DNA from: Myxococcales bacterium
GTDB lineage: Bacteria > Myxococcota_A > UBA9042 > JABWCM01 > BTVJ01
Direction: 5' to 3'
Length of the DNA: 21,712 nt
Assembly (NCBI GenBank): GCA_045863395.1
Contig: BTVJ01000111.1
Span: 1-21,712, forward strand
Part shown: one piece after another, positions 1-8,751 of the stretch
How the letters are laid out: each line of letters starts with the position of its first letter
How positions within the stretch are numbered: position 1 is the stretch's first letter
The notes under the pieces: generated by a model
What the model was told of the DNA's origin: nothing
Seen by the model: only the letters and a program-made list of their open reading frames with translations
Databases searched by the model: none
Program-made: the position numbers and the translations under genes

Positions 1-1
1 C

Positions 2-1030
2 CAGACCGGCTACGACGAGCCGCTGCTGCACACGATGTACGTGGACAAGCCGCTCTCGGGCGTCAAAGCCGTGCAGACGCTCTCGCGACTGAACAGGGCC
101 CACCCGCAGAAGCACGACGTGTTCGTCCTCGACTTCGTGAACGACGCGGACAGCATCAAGGTCGCGTTCGAGCCCTACTACCGCACCACGATCCTCAGTG
201 GGGAGACGGACGACAACAAGCTCCACGACCTGAAGACGGCGCTCGACGGGTGGGAGGTCTACAGCCAGGACGACGTCGCCCTGCTGGTCGAGCGATATCT
301 CGGTGGCGCGGACAGGGACGGCCTCGACCCGATCCTCGATGCCTGCGTGGCGCACTACAAGCAGGACCTCGACGAGGACGGCCAGGTCGACTTCAAGGGC
401 AAGGCGAAGGCCTTCGTGCGGATCTACGGGTTCCTGTCCGGCATCTTGCCGTACACGCGCGCCGACTGGGAGAAGCTATCTATCTTCTTGAACTTTCTCG
501 TGCCGAAGCTGCCTGCCCCGCAGGAGCCGGACCTCGCGAAGGGCATCCTCGAGGCCATCGACATGGACAGCTACCGGGCTGAGAAGCTGGCGATGCAGCG
601 TGTCGCTCTCCCGGATGCCGACGGCGAGATCGGGCCCATCCCGGTGTCGGGGGGAGGCGCGGTGTCCGAGCCCGAGCTGGACCGGCTCTCACGCATCATC
701 CAGTCGTTCAACGAGCAGTTCGGGAAGATCCCGTGGGCGGACGGCGAGCGCGTCGTGCGGGTGATCACCGAGGACATCCCGGCCCAGGTATCGAAGGACA
801 GCGCCTACCAGAACGCGTGCAGGAACTCGGACAAGCAGAACGCGCGAATCGAGCTTGATCGCGCACTGGGCCGGGTCCTCGTGACGCTCATGAAGGACGA
901 CACCGAGCTGTTCAAGCAGTACAGCGACAATCAGAGCTTCAAGCGGTGGCTGTCCGACATGGTGTTCGCGGAGACGTGGAGTTCTCGGATGCTCCCGGCT
1001 GAACCGGCCCCGCCGGGTCCGATTGCCTGA
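2..1030 (+). CDS. hsdR: Type I restriction-modification endonuclease subunit R, C-terminal part (5'-truncated by window edge)
   Basis: The frame is open from base 2: QTGYDEPLLHTMYVDKPLSGVKAVQTLSRLNR matches SF2 helicase motifs V/VI of HsdR, followed by VLDFVN and a helical C-terminal region. Stop TGA ends at 1030. Confidence 0.92.
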   Translation, partial: QTGYDEPLLHTMYVDKPLSGVKAVQTLSRLNRAHPQKHDVFVLDFVNDADSIKVAFEPYYRTTILSGETDDNKLHDLKTALDGWEVYSQDDVALLVERYLGGADRDGLDPILDACVAHYKQDLDEDGQVDFKGKAKAFVRIYGFLSGILPYTRADWEKLSIFLNFLVPKLPAPQEPDLAKGILEAIDMDSYRAEKLAMQRVALPDADGEIGPIPVSGGGAVSEPELDRLSRIIQSFNEQFGKIPWADGERVVRVITEDIPAQVSKDSAYQNACRNSDKQNARIELDRALGRVLVTLMKDDTELFKQYSDNQSFKRWLSDMVFAETWSSRMLPAEPAPPGPIA

Positions 1031-1144
1031 GGAAGAAGGGCGCTCTGGACCTGTCCGTGGGGCACCCCGCTGGCCTCGCTCCCCGCAGCCGGAGTATGCT
1101 CGCCTGCGTCGAGCGATGCCCGCCGGGTCCATGGAGGACGCGCC

Positions 1145-2365
1145 ATGACCACACGCCTGCTCTCCGTGCTCTGTCTGTTCGTGGCCGCCGGCTGCGCGGG
1201 GGACGCGACGGGAGGCGCCGGGGCCACCGACGTCGCCTCGGCGGGTGACGCCGGGTCTGACGTCGACTCTGGGGCCAGCGGCCCGGACGCCGCGGCCGAC
1301 GTCGGGCTCGACGCCGCGGTGAGCGACGACGGGGGCCCGACGACCGCCGACGCAGACGGGACCCCGAGCCCCTCCGATGTGACCGCGGATGTCACCGACA
1401 CCCCCGCCGACGTCCCCTACGGTGACTCCCTGGCGGACGCCCCGCCCGTCGACGCGGAGCCAACCCTGGACGCGGCGGACAGCGCGCAGCCCGTGGACGT
1501 GACGTGGCCTCCAGATGGCTCCGCGCCGCCCTTCGTCGTGCTCGACCCCTCGACGCTCACGTTCTTCACGCTGCCCATCGGGTCCATCCGTCATGCCGTC
1601 GCGGGCCACGACCCATCGAAGCACATCTGCGCGACCCTGATCTGGGACTTCTCCAACAACGGCGAGCCCCCCGTCGCGCACTGCGGCATGTTCTACCAGG
1701 GCTTCCCCTACGCGATCATCGAGACCGACACCGACGGGCCCTGCGGCGCGTGGGACTATGGCAGCGACCTCGTGACCGGGTACGCGGCCGGGTGCGTCGA
1801 CTTCGCCGCGCACGGGCCCGCCAGCATGGACCTGATCGAGGTGAACGTGCACGTCGAGTCCGACGCGGCCTCGTGGGTCATCCACGCGAACAACCTGGGC
1901 CTCTACGATCCCCCGCCCGCCTTCTTCGGCATCGAGTACTCCACCGACATCCCCGAGGACGTCTGGGCGCTCGCGGCGGGGCCCGACAGCGTCCCCGGGT
2001 GGGTGAAGGTCACGAAGGACGGCGCCCCAATCCGGCTCTTCCCCCACTGCGGGGTCCCGCGCTGCGACGGCGGGCCCACGCCCCCGTGCGGCCAGCCGGA
2101 CGTCGTCGTCAGCCTGACGGGTGGCGACTACTCGGGGAGCATCCACGCGGCGTGGGACGGGCGAATCCGAGAGATCGACGAGGCCCTCGGGTGCCAGACC
2201 GCCACGGTCGCGCCGGACGGCGCCTACGAGGCCACGTTGTGCTTCTCCTGGACCGTCGAGGGGGCCAAGACGGGTCAGGGCCCGTCCGTCCAGTGCAAGA
2301 CCGTGCCCTTCACCATCCCCATCGGAGAGCTCAGCCTCACGTGGATCGCCAGCTTCGGCGGGTGA
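1145..2365 (+). CDS. Hypothetical lipoprotein with acidic Asp/Ala/Gly/Pro linker and Cys-rich C-terminal region
   Basis: GGAGGA RBS just upstream; signal peptide MTTRLLSVLCLFVAAG-C (lipobox); about 100 aa low-complexity linker; 10 Cys in the mature region; GC3-biased frame. Confidence 0.8.
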   Translation: MTTRLLSVLCLFVAAGCAGDATGGAGATDVASAGDAGSDVDSGASGPDAAADVGLDAAVSDDGGPTTADADGTPSPSDVTADVTDTPADVPYGDSLADAPPVDAEPTLDAADSAQPVDVTWPPDGSAPPFVVLDPSTLTFFTLPIGSIRHAVAGHDPSKHICATLIWDFSNNGEPPVAHCGMFYQGFPYAIIETDTDGPCGAWDYGSDLVTGYAAGCVDFAAHGPASMDLIEVNVHVESDAASWVIHANNLGLYDPPPAFFGIEYSTDIPEDVWALAAGPDSVPGWVKVTKDGAPIRLFPHCGVPRCDGGPTPPCGQPDVVVSLTGGDYSGSIHAAWDGRIREIDEALGCQTATVAPDGAYEATLCFSWTVEGAKTGQGPSVQCKTVPFTIPIGELSLTWIASFGG

Positions 2366-2458
2366 CGGGCCGCGGGAGTCACTCGCCAGGCCCCGCGACC
2401 CCACGCTGCCCCCTGCGGCCCTCCCCATCTCGACTCCGGGTCCCCGTCCGGTGCCGCG

Positions 2459-3451
2459 TCACAAGCGCCGCGTCCACGCCAGCTTCCCGGTCTCGTCGTC
2501 GAGGGCGATCAGCCAGTGCTCGTACCACAGGACGGCCTGGCCCCCCGCGCGGAGCGCCTGGCGGTTGCAGCAGTCGGGCTTCACCTCCGGCACGGGCGTC
2601 GTCCACCGCTTCGTCGGGCCGTCCTTGCCCACGTCCCAGCGCGAGACGAGGATGTGGGCCTTCTCGCGGTCGAGGCCGCTCTGGTGAACGACGTAGGACA
2701 CGCCCGGTGCGCCCGCCTCATGGGACGCGCCGATGGTCCAGGCGACCTGGGCCTCCAGGGCGTCGCCGCGCCCCTCCACGGCCTTCTCGACGCGCTGGTC
2801 ACCACGGGGGCCACCCGACCGGTTGAGCCCCTCCCGCACCTCCAGGCCGCCCTCCGCCGGCTTCACGGCGAGCGTGTGCAGGTCCAGCGAGACCACCGCC
2901 CCCGAGTCGAGCCGCAGCAGGAACGGATCCTCGCTGCTCCCGCGCCACACGGGCAGCTCGCCGTCCTTCGTGAAGAGCCCCGACGCCAGGGCGGGTGCCT
3001 TCTCGACGAGGCCCGTCCACGGGATGGCGTCCTCGAGATCCAGGGGGCGGAGCGCGTGGAGCGACTCCTCCGGGTCGGTGCTGACTGCCCAGAGCCGGCC
3101 GTCCGCCGCCCCGAGGGCGCGCACCACGTCGTCCACGTAGGAGAACCGGAAGTACACGGGCGCATACTGGCGGCGCGCTACCCGCTCCCCGTCCGTCAGG
3201 CGGTAGGTGCTCAGGTGAGGGTAGCGGGACGTGCGGGTCTGGCGGGTCTTGCTGTCCTCGGAGGTCGACTCCGAGTGGCCGGACGCCGCGGCGTACCACG
3301 CCCCCTCGTGCTCGAAGAACACGACCGCGGTGATGTCCTTGCTCTCGGAGGTCCAGGCCGCGGAGTAGCCCGTGTAGAGCCAGAAGGCCACTCCCGCCAC
3401 GGGGATGGCGAGAATGGCGAGCCACAGGAGCGGACGGGTCGAACGCTGCAT
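2459..3451 (-). CDS. Membrane-anchored hypothetical protein, probable beta-propeller (PQQ-like C-terminal blade; tentative resemblance to PA2928-family proteins)
   Basis: N-terminal hydrophobic helix (LLWLAILAIPVAGVAFWLY); blade-like motifs YRLTDGERVAR, VSLDLHTL and LIALDDETGKLAW; GAAGGG upstream of the ATG. Confidence 0.7.
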   Translation of the reverse strand: MQRSTRPLLWLAILAIPVAGVAFWLYTGYSAAWTSESKDITAVVFFEHEGAWYAAASGHSESTSEDSKTRQTRTSRYPHLSTYRLTDGERVARRQYAPVYFRFSYVDDVVRALGAADGRLWAVSTDPEESLHALRPLDLEDAIPWTGLVEKAPALASGLFTKDGELPVWRGSSEDPFLLRLDSGAVVSLDLHTLAVKPAEGGLEVREGLNRSGGPRGDQRVEKAVEGRGDALEAQVAWTIGASHEAGAPGVSYVVHQSGLDREKAHILVSRWDVGKDGPTKRWTTPVPEVKPDCCNRQALRAGGQAVLWYEHWLIALDDETGKLAWTRRL

Positions 3452-3609
3452 GGTGCACCCTTCGGCGCTGGAGAGCCGGCCCAGGCACCGAGCCGAGGCC
3501 CTGCTCTCTGGATGATGATCCCACGGACGGGCCCGGTCGCGCGGTCCCTGGCGTGATGGCGTGCCTGGACGCTATCCCGAACACGCCCGCGGCTGCAACC
3601 TCGTAGTTC

Positions 3610-3640
3610 AAAAAAACCGCGATGTTCCGACCTCGCGCGG
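3610..3640 (-). terminator. Candidate intrinsic terminator downstream of the PaaK/CapK-like gene
   Basis: Minus strand reads CGCGA-G-GT-[CGGA]-AC-A-TCGCG-G-TTTTTTT, an imperfect hairpin plus a 7-T tract about 80 nt after the stop at 3719. Such a T-tract is rare in this GC-rich DNA. Confidence 0.5.
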
Positions 3641-3718
3641 CCCGTGCTGGGCTCGCGGCTCGTCAGCCCTGGCGCCCTCGACGGAGCAGCGACCCCGAGA
3701 CCAGGGCCACTCGCGGCC

Positions 3719-5074
3719 TCAGCGCGTCGGCTCAAGCAGCGACCGGAAGGGGCGCGGCTTGGCCGAGGCGCGCACCTCGGCGACGCGCACGCGCACCACC
3801 GGGGCCTCGAAGCCCTGGCGCACCAGGACGCGGCGGATGCGCTCCGCCAGCAGCTCCGGGCCCACGGGGACGTCGGGCGGCAGGCTCAGGACGAACCCGT
3901 CGAGCGCGACCTGGACCAGCTCGAACCGGCAGAGCGGCAGATCCTTGAACAGCCACGACAGCGACCAGGCGTCCACCCGGCGCCCCCCCGGCGCCACGAG
4001 CCAGCACGCCTCCCTCCCTCCGAATCCTGCGATATCGACCCCCACGGCCCCGCACGAGCACGAGCCCTCTACGATCCCGGCGGTGTCTCCAATCTCGTAC
4101 CGCAGCAGCGGCGCGACGCTGTCACGCAGGCGCGTGACCACCAGGCGTCCGCCGAACGACTCCACGTGCACGTCTGGGTGCAGTACGTGCAAGCGGCCGG
4201 GCGACAGCGGACACCGCCACGCCATGGGCCCCACCTCCGTCGCGGCGTAGTAGTCGACCACCGGCGCGCCCAGGCGCTCGGTCACGGCCACCCGCAGCGG
4301 CTCCGGCAGGGCCTGGGCCGACGACAGGACGAGGCGCGGGGCGATGGGGGACGGGGCCTCCGGCAAGGCGCCGAGCAGCCAGTGCAGCCCCGCGGGGTCG
4401 CTGGACAGGATGGCGGGACGCGCAGCCACGAGCCGCTCCAGCGGGCGCGGCCGCACGGTGGACACCCTCACCAGGGCGCCCCCGGGGCCCAGCCCCGGCG
4501 CCGGGTCGCGGTACTCGAGCCCGCCCGGGAGCACGTCGAGCAGCACGAGGCGCGGCCGCGCCGGCAAGGCGATGCGCAGGTGCCGGCACCAGAAGCGCAG
4601 GACCGCCCACATGTGCACGCCGTCATAGCCCGAGCGAGGCACGAGCAGCGCCTGGCCGCTCGTCCCCGAGCTGGTCGCGACGTGCAGCTCCGGGTCCCCG
4701 TCCACGTCCACGAGCTCGCTCCACCGGGCCGCCAGCTCGTCCCGGGTCAGCAGGGGGAAGTGCGCCAGATCCGCCACGCTCCGCAGGTCGTTGGGCGTGA
4801 GCCCCGCCTGGCGCAGGCGGTCCAGCCATGCCGGCGCGCGCCACAGGCGGCCCCGCAGCGCGGCGAGGCGCCCGGCGACCAGGTCCTCGACGGGCCCGCA
4901 GGCCCCCCGGACCAGCGCCTCCTCCGCGTCCGTCAGCGCCGCCCCATGCCGCGCCAGCACGTCGCCACCGTGCCGCAGCCTGACGCCCACTCCGAGAAAG
5001 CGCTGCTCCTGGGCCCACGCCATGTGACGGAGAGGTCCTTCGCTGGAGCCTCCCGCCTCGCCCTCGACCTTCAT
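3719..5074 (-). CDS. Phenylacetate-CoA ligase/CapK-like adenylate-forming enzyme (ANL superfamily), about 451 aa
   Basis: Motifs DLAHFPLLTRDEL, TSSGTSG (P-loop), YYAATEVG and LLRYEIGD. Start placed at ATG 5074, which overlaps the radical SAM stop (ATGA), rather than at the ORF-track start 5578. Confidence 0.82.
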   Translation of the reverse strand: MKVEGEAGGSSEGPLRHMAWAQEQRFLGVGVRLRHGGDVLARHGAALTDAEEALVRGACGPVEDLVAGRLAALRGRLWRAPAWLDRLRQAGLTPNDLRSVADLAHFPLLTRDELAARWSELVDVDGDPELHVATSSGTSGQALLVPRSGYDGVHMWAVLRFWCRHLRIALPARPRLVLLDVLPGGLEYRDPAPGLGPGGALVRVSTVRPRPLERLVAARPAILSSDPAGLHWLLGALPEAPSPIAPRLVLSSAQALPEPLRVAVTERLGAPVVDYYAATEVGPMAWRCPLSPGRLHVLHPDVHVESFGGRLVVTRLRDSVAPLLRYEIGDTAGIVEGSCSCGAVGVDIAGFGGREACWLVAPGGRRVDAWSLSWLFKDLPLCRFELVQVALDGFVLSLPPDVPVGPELLAERIRRVLVRQGFEAPVVRVRVAEVRASAKPRPFRSLLEPTR

Positions 5075-6039
5075 CGCCACTTCCCGTGTTGTTGGGTGCT
5101 CGGGCAGTCTCCGCACACCGCCGGCCGCCCCGCCTCTCGCCTCGCCGCGAGCCGCCCCTCCACCGCGTCCAGGTCCTCCCACGAGCGCAACCCCTCCACC
5201 GCCACTCCAAGCTCCGGCGCGAAGCTGCACGGCGCGAGGCGGTCCACCTCGACGAACCAGAAGTCGCGCCCCGGGCCGCAGTCCTCGACCGGGAGCCGCT
5301 GCCCCTCCGCCCAGGCGCGCAGGCGTCGCAGGTACGCCGGCGATCCCGACAACACCAGCCCCCGCGACGCCGCCTCCGCCTGCACCTCCCCGATGGTCGC
5401 TGTGAGGTGGGCCACGTCCTCGCGTCGCAGCGCGTGCCCTGGGTAGAACTCCGGCCGGTCGCGCCCCCCGAGCGCGTTGAACGTCAGCTCGTCGGCCCCC
5501 GCCTCTGCGACCAGCCGTACCAGCGCCGGGAGGTGCTCGACGCTCTGCCGCATCAGCACGGTGTTCACCCGGAGCCACGGTCTCCGTCCCACCCGTCGCA
5601 CCCGCGCGAGCGCCTCCAGCAGCGCCCGGCCCCCTGGCCGCCCCCGGAGCGCGTCATGCACCTCGGGCGGGCCGTCGATGGAGACCGTCAGCTCGTCGAG
5701 CGCTCCGATGAACGGCATCCTCCCCTCCACGAGCGCCCTCCCGTTGGTCGTCACGGCCAGCCCCACCGCCCCGGCGAGCGCCTCGACCACCTCCCCGAGG
5801 GGACCCCACAAGAGCGGCTCGCCCCCGAGAAACGAGAGCAAGGCACGCCGCCCCCGCGCCCACCCGCCGATCAGCGCCCCGAGCCGTCTCACCTCTGCGG
5901 CGTCCGCCTCACGCCGCGCCCGACGCAAGGTCACGTCGTAGGCGCAGAAGGCGCACGCCGTGTCGCACCGCTCGGTGACGCGCCACACGACGACCAGAGG
6001 CGGGCGGCTCCCGCTGTCAGGCAGGCCAGGCATCGCCAC
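5071..6039 (-). CDS. Radical SAM enzyme with a C-terminal SPASM/twitch-like Cys motif
   Basis: CDTACAFC (CxxxCxxC), GGEPLL, TTNG and SIDG core motifs; C-terminal C-GPG...APC...CGDC. Start is GTG 6039 or ATG 6033. Confidence 0.9.
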   Translation of the reverse strand: MAMPGLPDSGSRPPLVVVWRVTERCDTACAFCAYDVTLRRARREADAAEVRRLGALIGGWARGRRALLSFLGGEPLLWGPLGEVVEALAGAVGLAVTTNGRALVEGRMPFIGALDELTVSIDGPPEVHDALRGRPGGRALLEALARVRRVGRRPWLRVNTVLMRQSVEHLPALVRLVAEAGADELTFNALGGRDRPEFYPGHALRREDVAHLTATIGEVQAEAASRGLVLSGSPAYLRRLRAWAEGQRLPVEDCGPGRDFWFVEVDRLAPCSFAPELGVAVEGLRSWEDLDAVEGRLAARREAGRPAVCGDCPSTQQHGKWR

Positions 6040-6096
6040 AGGGTGAGGGACCCGGGGCCCCCGGTCAACAGGGGCGCGCGGCTGGGTTGCCTGGCG

Positions 6097-7608
6097 TCAG
6101 AACCGCAGGAAAAGCTCCCGCCCCTCGTCCACGGTCAGCTTGGACACGCTGGTCACCCGGTCGCTGAACAGGCGCACCGTGTCCGCCTGCTGCCCCTGGA
6201 GGTCGATGAGGATCGTAAAGACCCGGAAGTCCAGCCGCAGCTTCTCTTGCAGGAAGGTCTCGAGGAAGCCAGGGCTCAGTTGGGCCTCCCCGTCCGTGAC
6301 GAACACGATGTCCGCCCGCCGCCTCCGGGCCCCGCGAATCGTGTCCAGCGCCCGCGCCAGCGGCTGCTCGTAGTCCGTGCCCCCGCCGGGAAAGAACGAG
6401 GCGAAGCGCACCAGGTCCGCCTGCGAGATCGGGCTGCGGCGAGACGCGCCGCCCCGCGAGAGCAGGTCGAAGGCCGTGACCGCCCCCGGACCCGCGGAGA
6501 AGCACAGCACTTGGAAGTCCCGCCTCTGGCGCCGCGCCAGCTCGAGCAGCGTCAGGGTCACCGCCTTGGCCCACAGCTCCCGGGGGCCCTGCATGCTGGA
6601 GCTCACGTCGAGGCAGACCACCGCGGGCCCGCGCCCCGCCTCGTCGGTCTTCAGCTCGTACTGAAGGAGCGAGCGCTCGAGAAGGGACCGCCGGAACACC
6701 CGCCCGAGCACCGGGTGCCCGAGCGCCAGCAGCTCCGAGGGCAGCAGGTGGCCGAGGTCCGCCCCGCGTTGCACGTCGTGCACCTCCGCCCCCCGTCGCG
6801 CCGGGGCCCTCCGCCGGTCGGCCAGGGCGACCTCCCGGAACACCCCCACCATCTTCGCCAGGAGCTGGAGCTTCCGGTTGTCCAGGAGCTGCTCCCCGAG
6901 ATCCAGCTTCTCGTGGGCCGCCGTCTCGCCGGGGGCCCCCACCGACTCACCGAAGCTCCGCAGTGCCTCGTCCTGCCCCCGCAGCCGCTCGGGCAGCGCG
7001 TCGGCCTCGCCCCGGACCGCCTCCTCCAGCGCCGTCGGGATCCCCCCCACCATGGCGTCCGCCTCGTCCTCGGCGCGCTCCACCTCCCCGCGCAGGTCCT
7101 CCACCTCCTCCCCCAGCTCCTCCCGCACCCCAGCGAAGCGCTCCCCACCCGCCTCGGCGCTCCGAAGCTCCTCGCGCCGCTCCTCCAGCACCTCCCGCAG
7201 CCGGTCCGCCTCGTGGAGCCGGATGATCTCCTCCCGTGTCAGCAGCTCCTCGGCGCGGAGCCCCCGCAGCAGCACGCCCGCCACCCGCAGCATCGCCCGG
7301 GCGGCCGCCTCCTCGTCGAGGCGCGTCCGCTCGTGCAGCGCCCCGAAGCCCGCCGACCCGCGCAGCGTCTCCACCGCCCACCGGGAGAGCCGCGCCGTCG
7401 CCGCCAGCTCCGCCGTCGGCCGCACCTCCACCACCAGCTTGAACAGCGCGCCGAAGAGGTCGTGGCACAGGTCCCGGAAGTGGGGGTAGAGCGCCTGCCC
7501 GGCCGCGGCCACGGCCTCATAGGCCCGGCTCTCCGCGGTCACGCGCCGGAAGCAGTCGTCGTCGAAGGAGTCGGTGGGCACCACCCGCGTGGCCCGCGCG
7601 CCCCCCAC
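6097..7608 (-). CDS. vWA (MIDAS) domain protein, ViaA-like partner of the AAA+ ATPase
   Basis: MIDAS DVSSSM, GGTDY and FVTDGE; ViaA-like DLGHLLPSEL segment; N-terminal helical region. The GTG start directly follows the TAG of the ATPase gene. Confidence 0.88.
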   Translation of the reverse strand: MGGARATRVVPTDSFDDDCFRRVTAESRAYEAVAAAGQALYPHFRDLCHDLFGALFKLVVEVRPTAELAATARLSRWAVETLRGSAGFGALHERTRLDEEAAARAMLRVAGVLLRGLRAEELLTREEIIRLHEADRLREVLEERREELRSAEAGGERFAGVREELGEEVEDLRGEVERAEDEADAMVGGIPTALEEAVRGEADALPERLRGQDEALRSFGESVGAPGETAAHEKLDLGEQLLDNRKLQLLAKMVGVFREVALADRRRAPARRGAEVHDVQRGADLGHLLPSELLALGHPVLGRVFRRSLLERSLLQYELKTDEAGRGPAVVCLDVSSSMQGPRELWAKAVTLTLLELARRQRRDFQVLCFSAGPGAVTAFDLLSRGGASRRSPISQADLVRFASFFPGGGTDYEQPLARALDTIRGARRRRADIVFVTDGEAQLSPGFLETFLQEKLRLDFRVFTILIDLQGQQADTVRLFSDRVTSVSKLTVDEGRELFLRF

Positions 7609-8745
7609 CTAGTCCCCCAGCAGCTCCCGGCCGAGGGTCGCGATCTCGTCGCGCACGCTCTCCACCGGGTCCGTCGGGGCCCCCCGCACGCGCACCTGCT
7701 CCAGCAGCCGCTCCACCTGGAACAGGATCCGGTGCAGCTTCGCGTGGGCCTCCACCGCCGCCCGCGCCTCGGCCTGGGGGTCGTCGTGGGACCGGGATGC
7801 CCAGGCGTGGATCTCCCGCGCCTGGTACAAGAGCCGCCGCGCCTCCTCCTCGTGGCCGGTGAGCACCTCCTGCAGCACGGTGCGCACGGTCTCGGCCTCC
7901 GCCGGGTCGGACCACAGGCAGTGCTCCAGGTGCAGGAGCACGTCGTCATCCACCGCCGCCCGCCCCTCGACCACCGCCATGCCGCGCAGGAAGCCGAGCG
8001 CCTGCCGCCACCGCCGGTCCGACGCCACCACCCCCTTGTCCGCCAGGCGCTCGCGAATCTTCACGATGTCGTGGAGCGCCTTCTGCGGGACGGGCACCGC
8101 AACTGCCACCCGCTGAAGCTCTCCAAGATCCTCGAGCGACAGCGTCGCCCGCGGCTCCGCGGGCGGCTCGGCCACCAGCACGCGCAGGAAGCGCCGGGCG
8201 TCCTCCACCGGCCCGACCACCAGCCGCACCAGGAACCGATCATGCAGGGCCTGCAGCTCGTCCTCGTCGGGCAGCTCGTTGGACGCCCCGAACAGCGACA
8301 GGAGCGGCACCCGCACGACCTCCCGGCCATTGTGGAAGGTGCGCTCGTTGAGCACGGTCAGGATGGCGTTCAGGATGGCCGAGCTGGCCTTGAAGACCTC
8401 GTCGAGGAACGCGACGTGCGCCTCGGGCAGCTTGTGGTCCGTCACCCGCCGGTAGTCGTCCCGCTCCAGCGCCGCCAGGCTCACCGCCCCGAACAGCTCG
8501 TCCGGCGTCGTGAACCGCGTCAGCAGCCACTGGAAGTACCGCCCCCCGGAGATTCGCCGGCAGAGCTCGTGCGCGAGCATGGACTTGGCGGTCCCCGGCG
8601 GCCCGAGCAGCAGCACGTGGCTCCGGGACAGCAGTGCCCCGAGGGCCGCGTCGATGGCGGAGTCCCGCTCGACGAGCAGCCCGCGCAGCTCGGCACGTAC
8701 AGCCCGCAGGCGCTCGATGGGGGTCGTCTGGTCGGCGTCGCTCAC
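7609..8745 (-). CDS. MoxR-family AAA+ ATPase, RavA-like
   Basis: Walker A GPPGTAKS, YFQWLLTRFTTPDELFG, Walker B FLDEVFKA, ASNELP, ALHDRF and lid motif SDRRW. Start placed at GTG 8745 because the ORF-track TTG 8781 coincides with a -35 box. Confidence 0.92.
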   Translation of the reverse strand: MSDADQTTPIERLRAVRAELRGLLVERDSAIDAALGALLSRSHVLLLGPPGTAKSMLAHELCRRISGGRYFQWLLTRFTTPDELFGAVSLAALERDDYRRVTDHKLPEAHVAFLDEVFKASSAILNAILTVLNERTFHNGREVVRVPLLSLFGASNELPDEDELQALHDRFLVRLVVGPVEDARRFLRVLVAEPPAEPRATLSLEDLGELQRVAVAVPVPQKALHDIVKIRERLADKGVVASDRRWRQALGFLRGMAVVEGRAAVDDDVLLHLEHCLWSDPAEAETVRTVLQEVLTGHEEEARRLLYQAREIHAWASRSHDDPQAEARAAVEAHAKLHRILFQVERLLEQVRVRGAPTDPVESVRDEIATLGRELLGD

Positions 8746-8751
8746 CGGCGT

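Noticed and set aside
3452..3718. Possible ncRNA, riboswitch or ECF promoter in the 267-nt gap
   Set aside because: No recognisable RNA family motif, and the GAAC-type elements lack a properly spaced -10. Only the terminator-like element was kept.
5075..5578. N-terminal 168 codons of the 619-aa ligase ORF
   Set aside because: They overlap the radical SAM gene out of frame; the ATGA overlap at 5071-5074 gives a better start.
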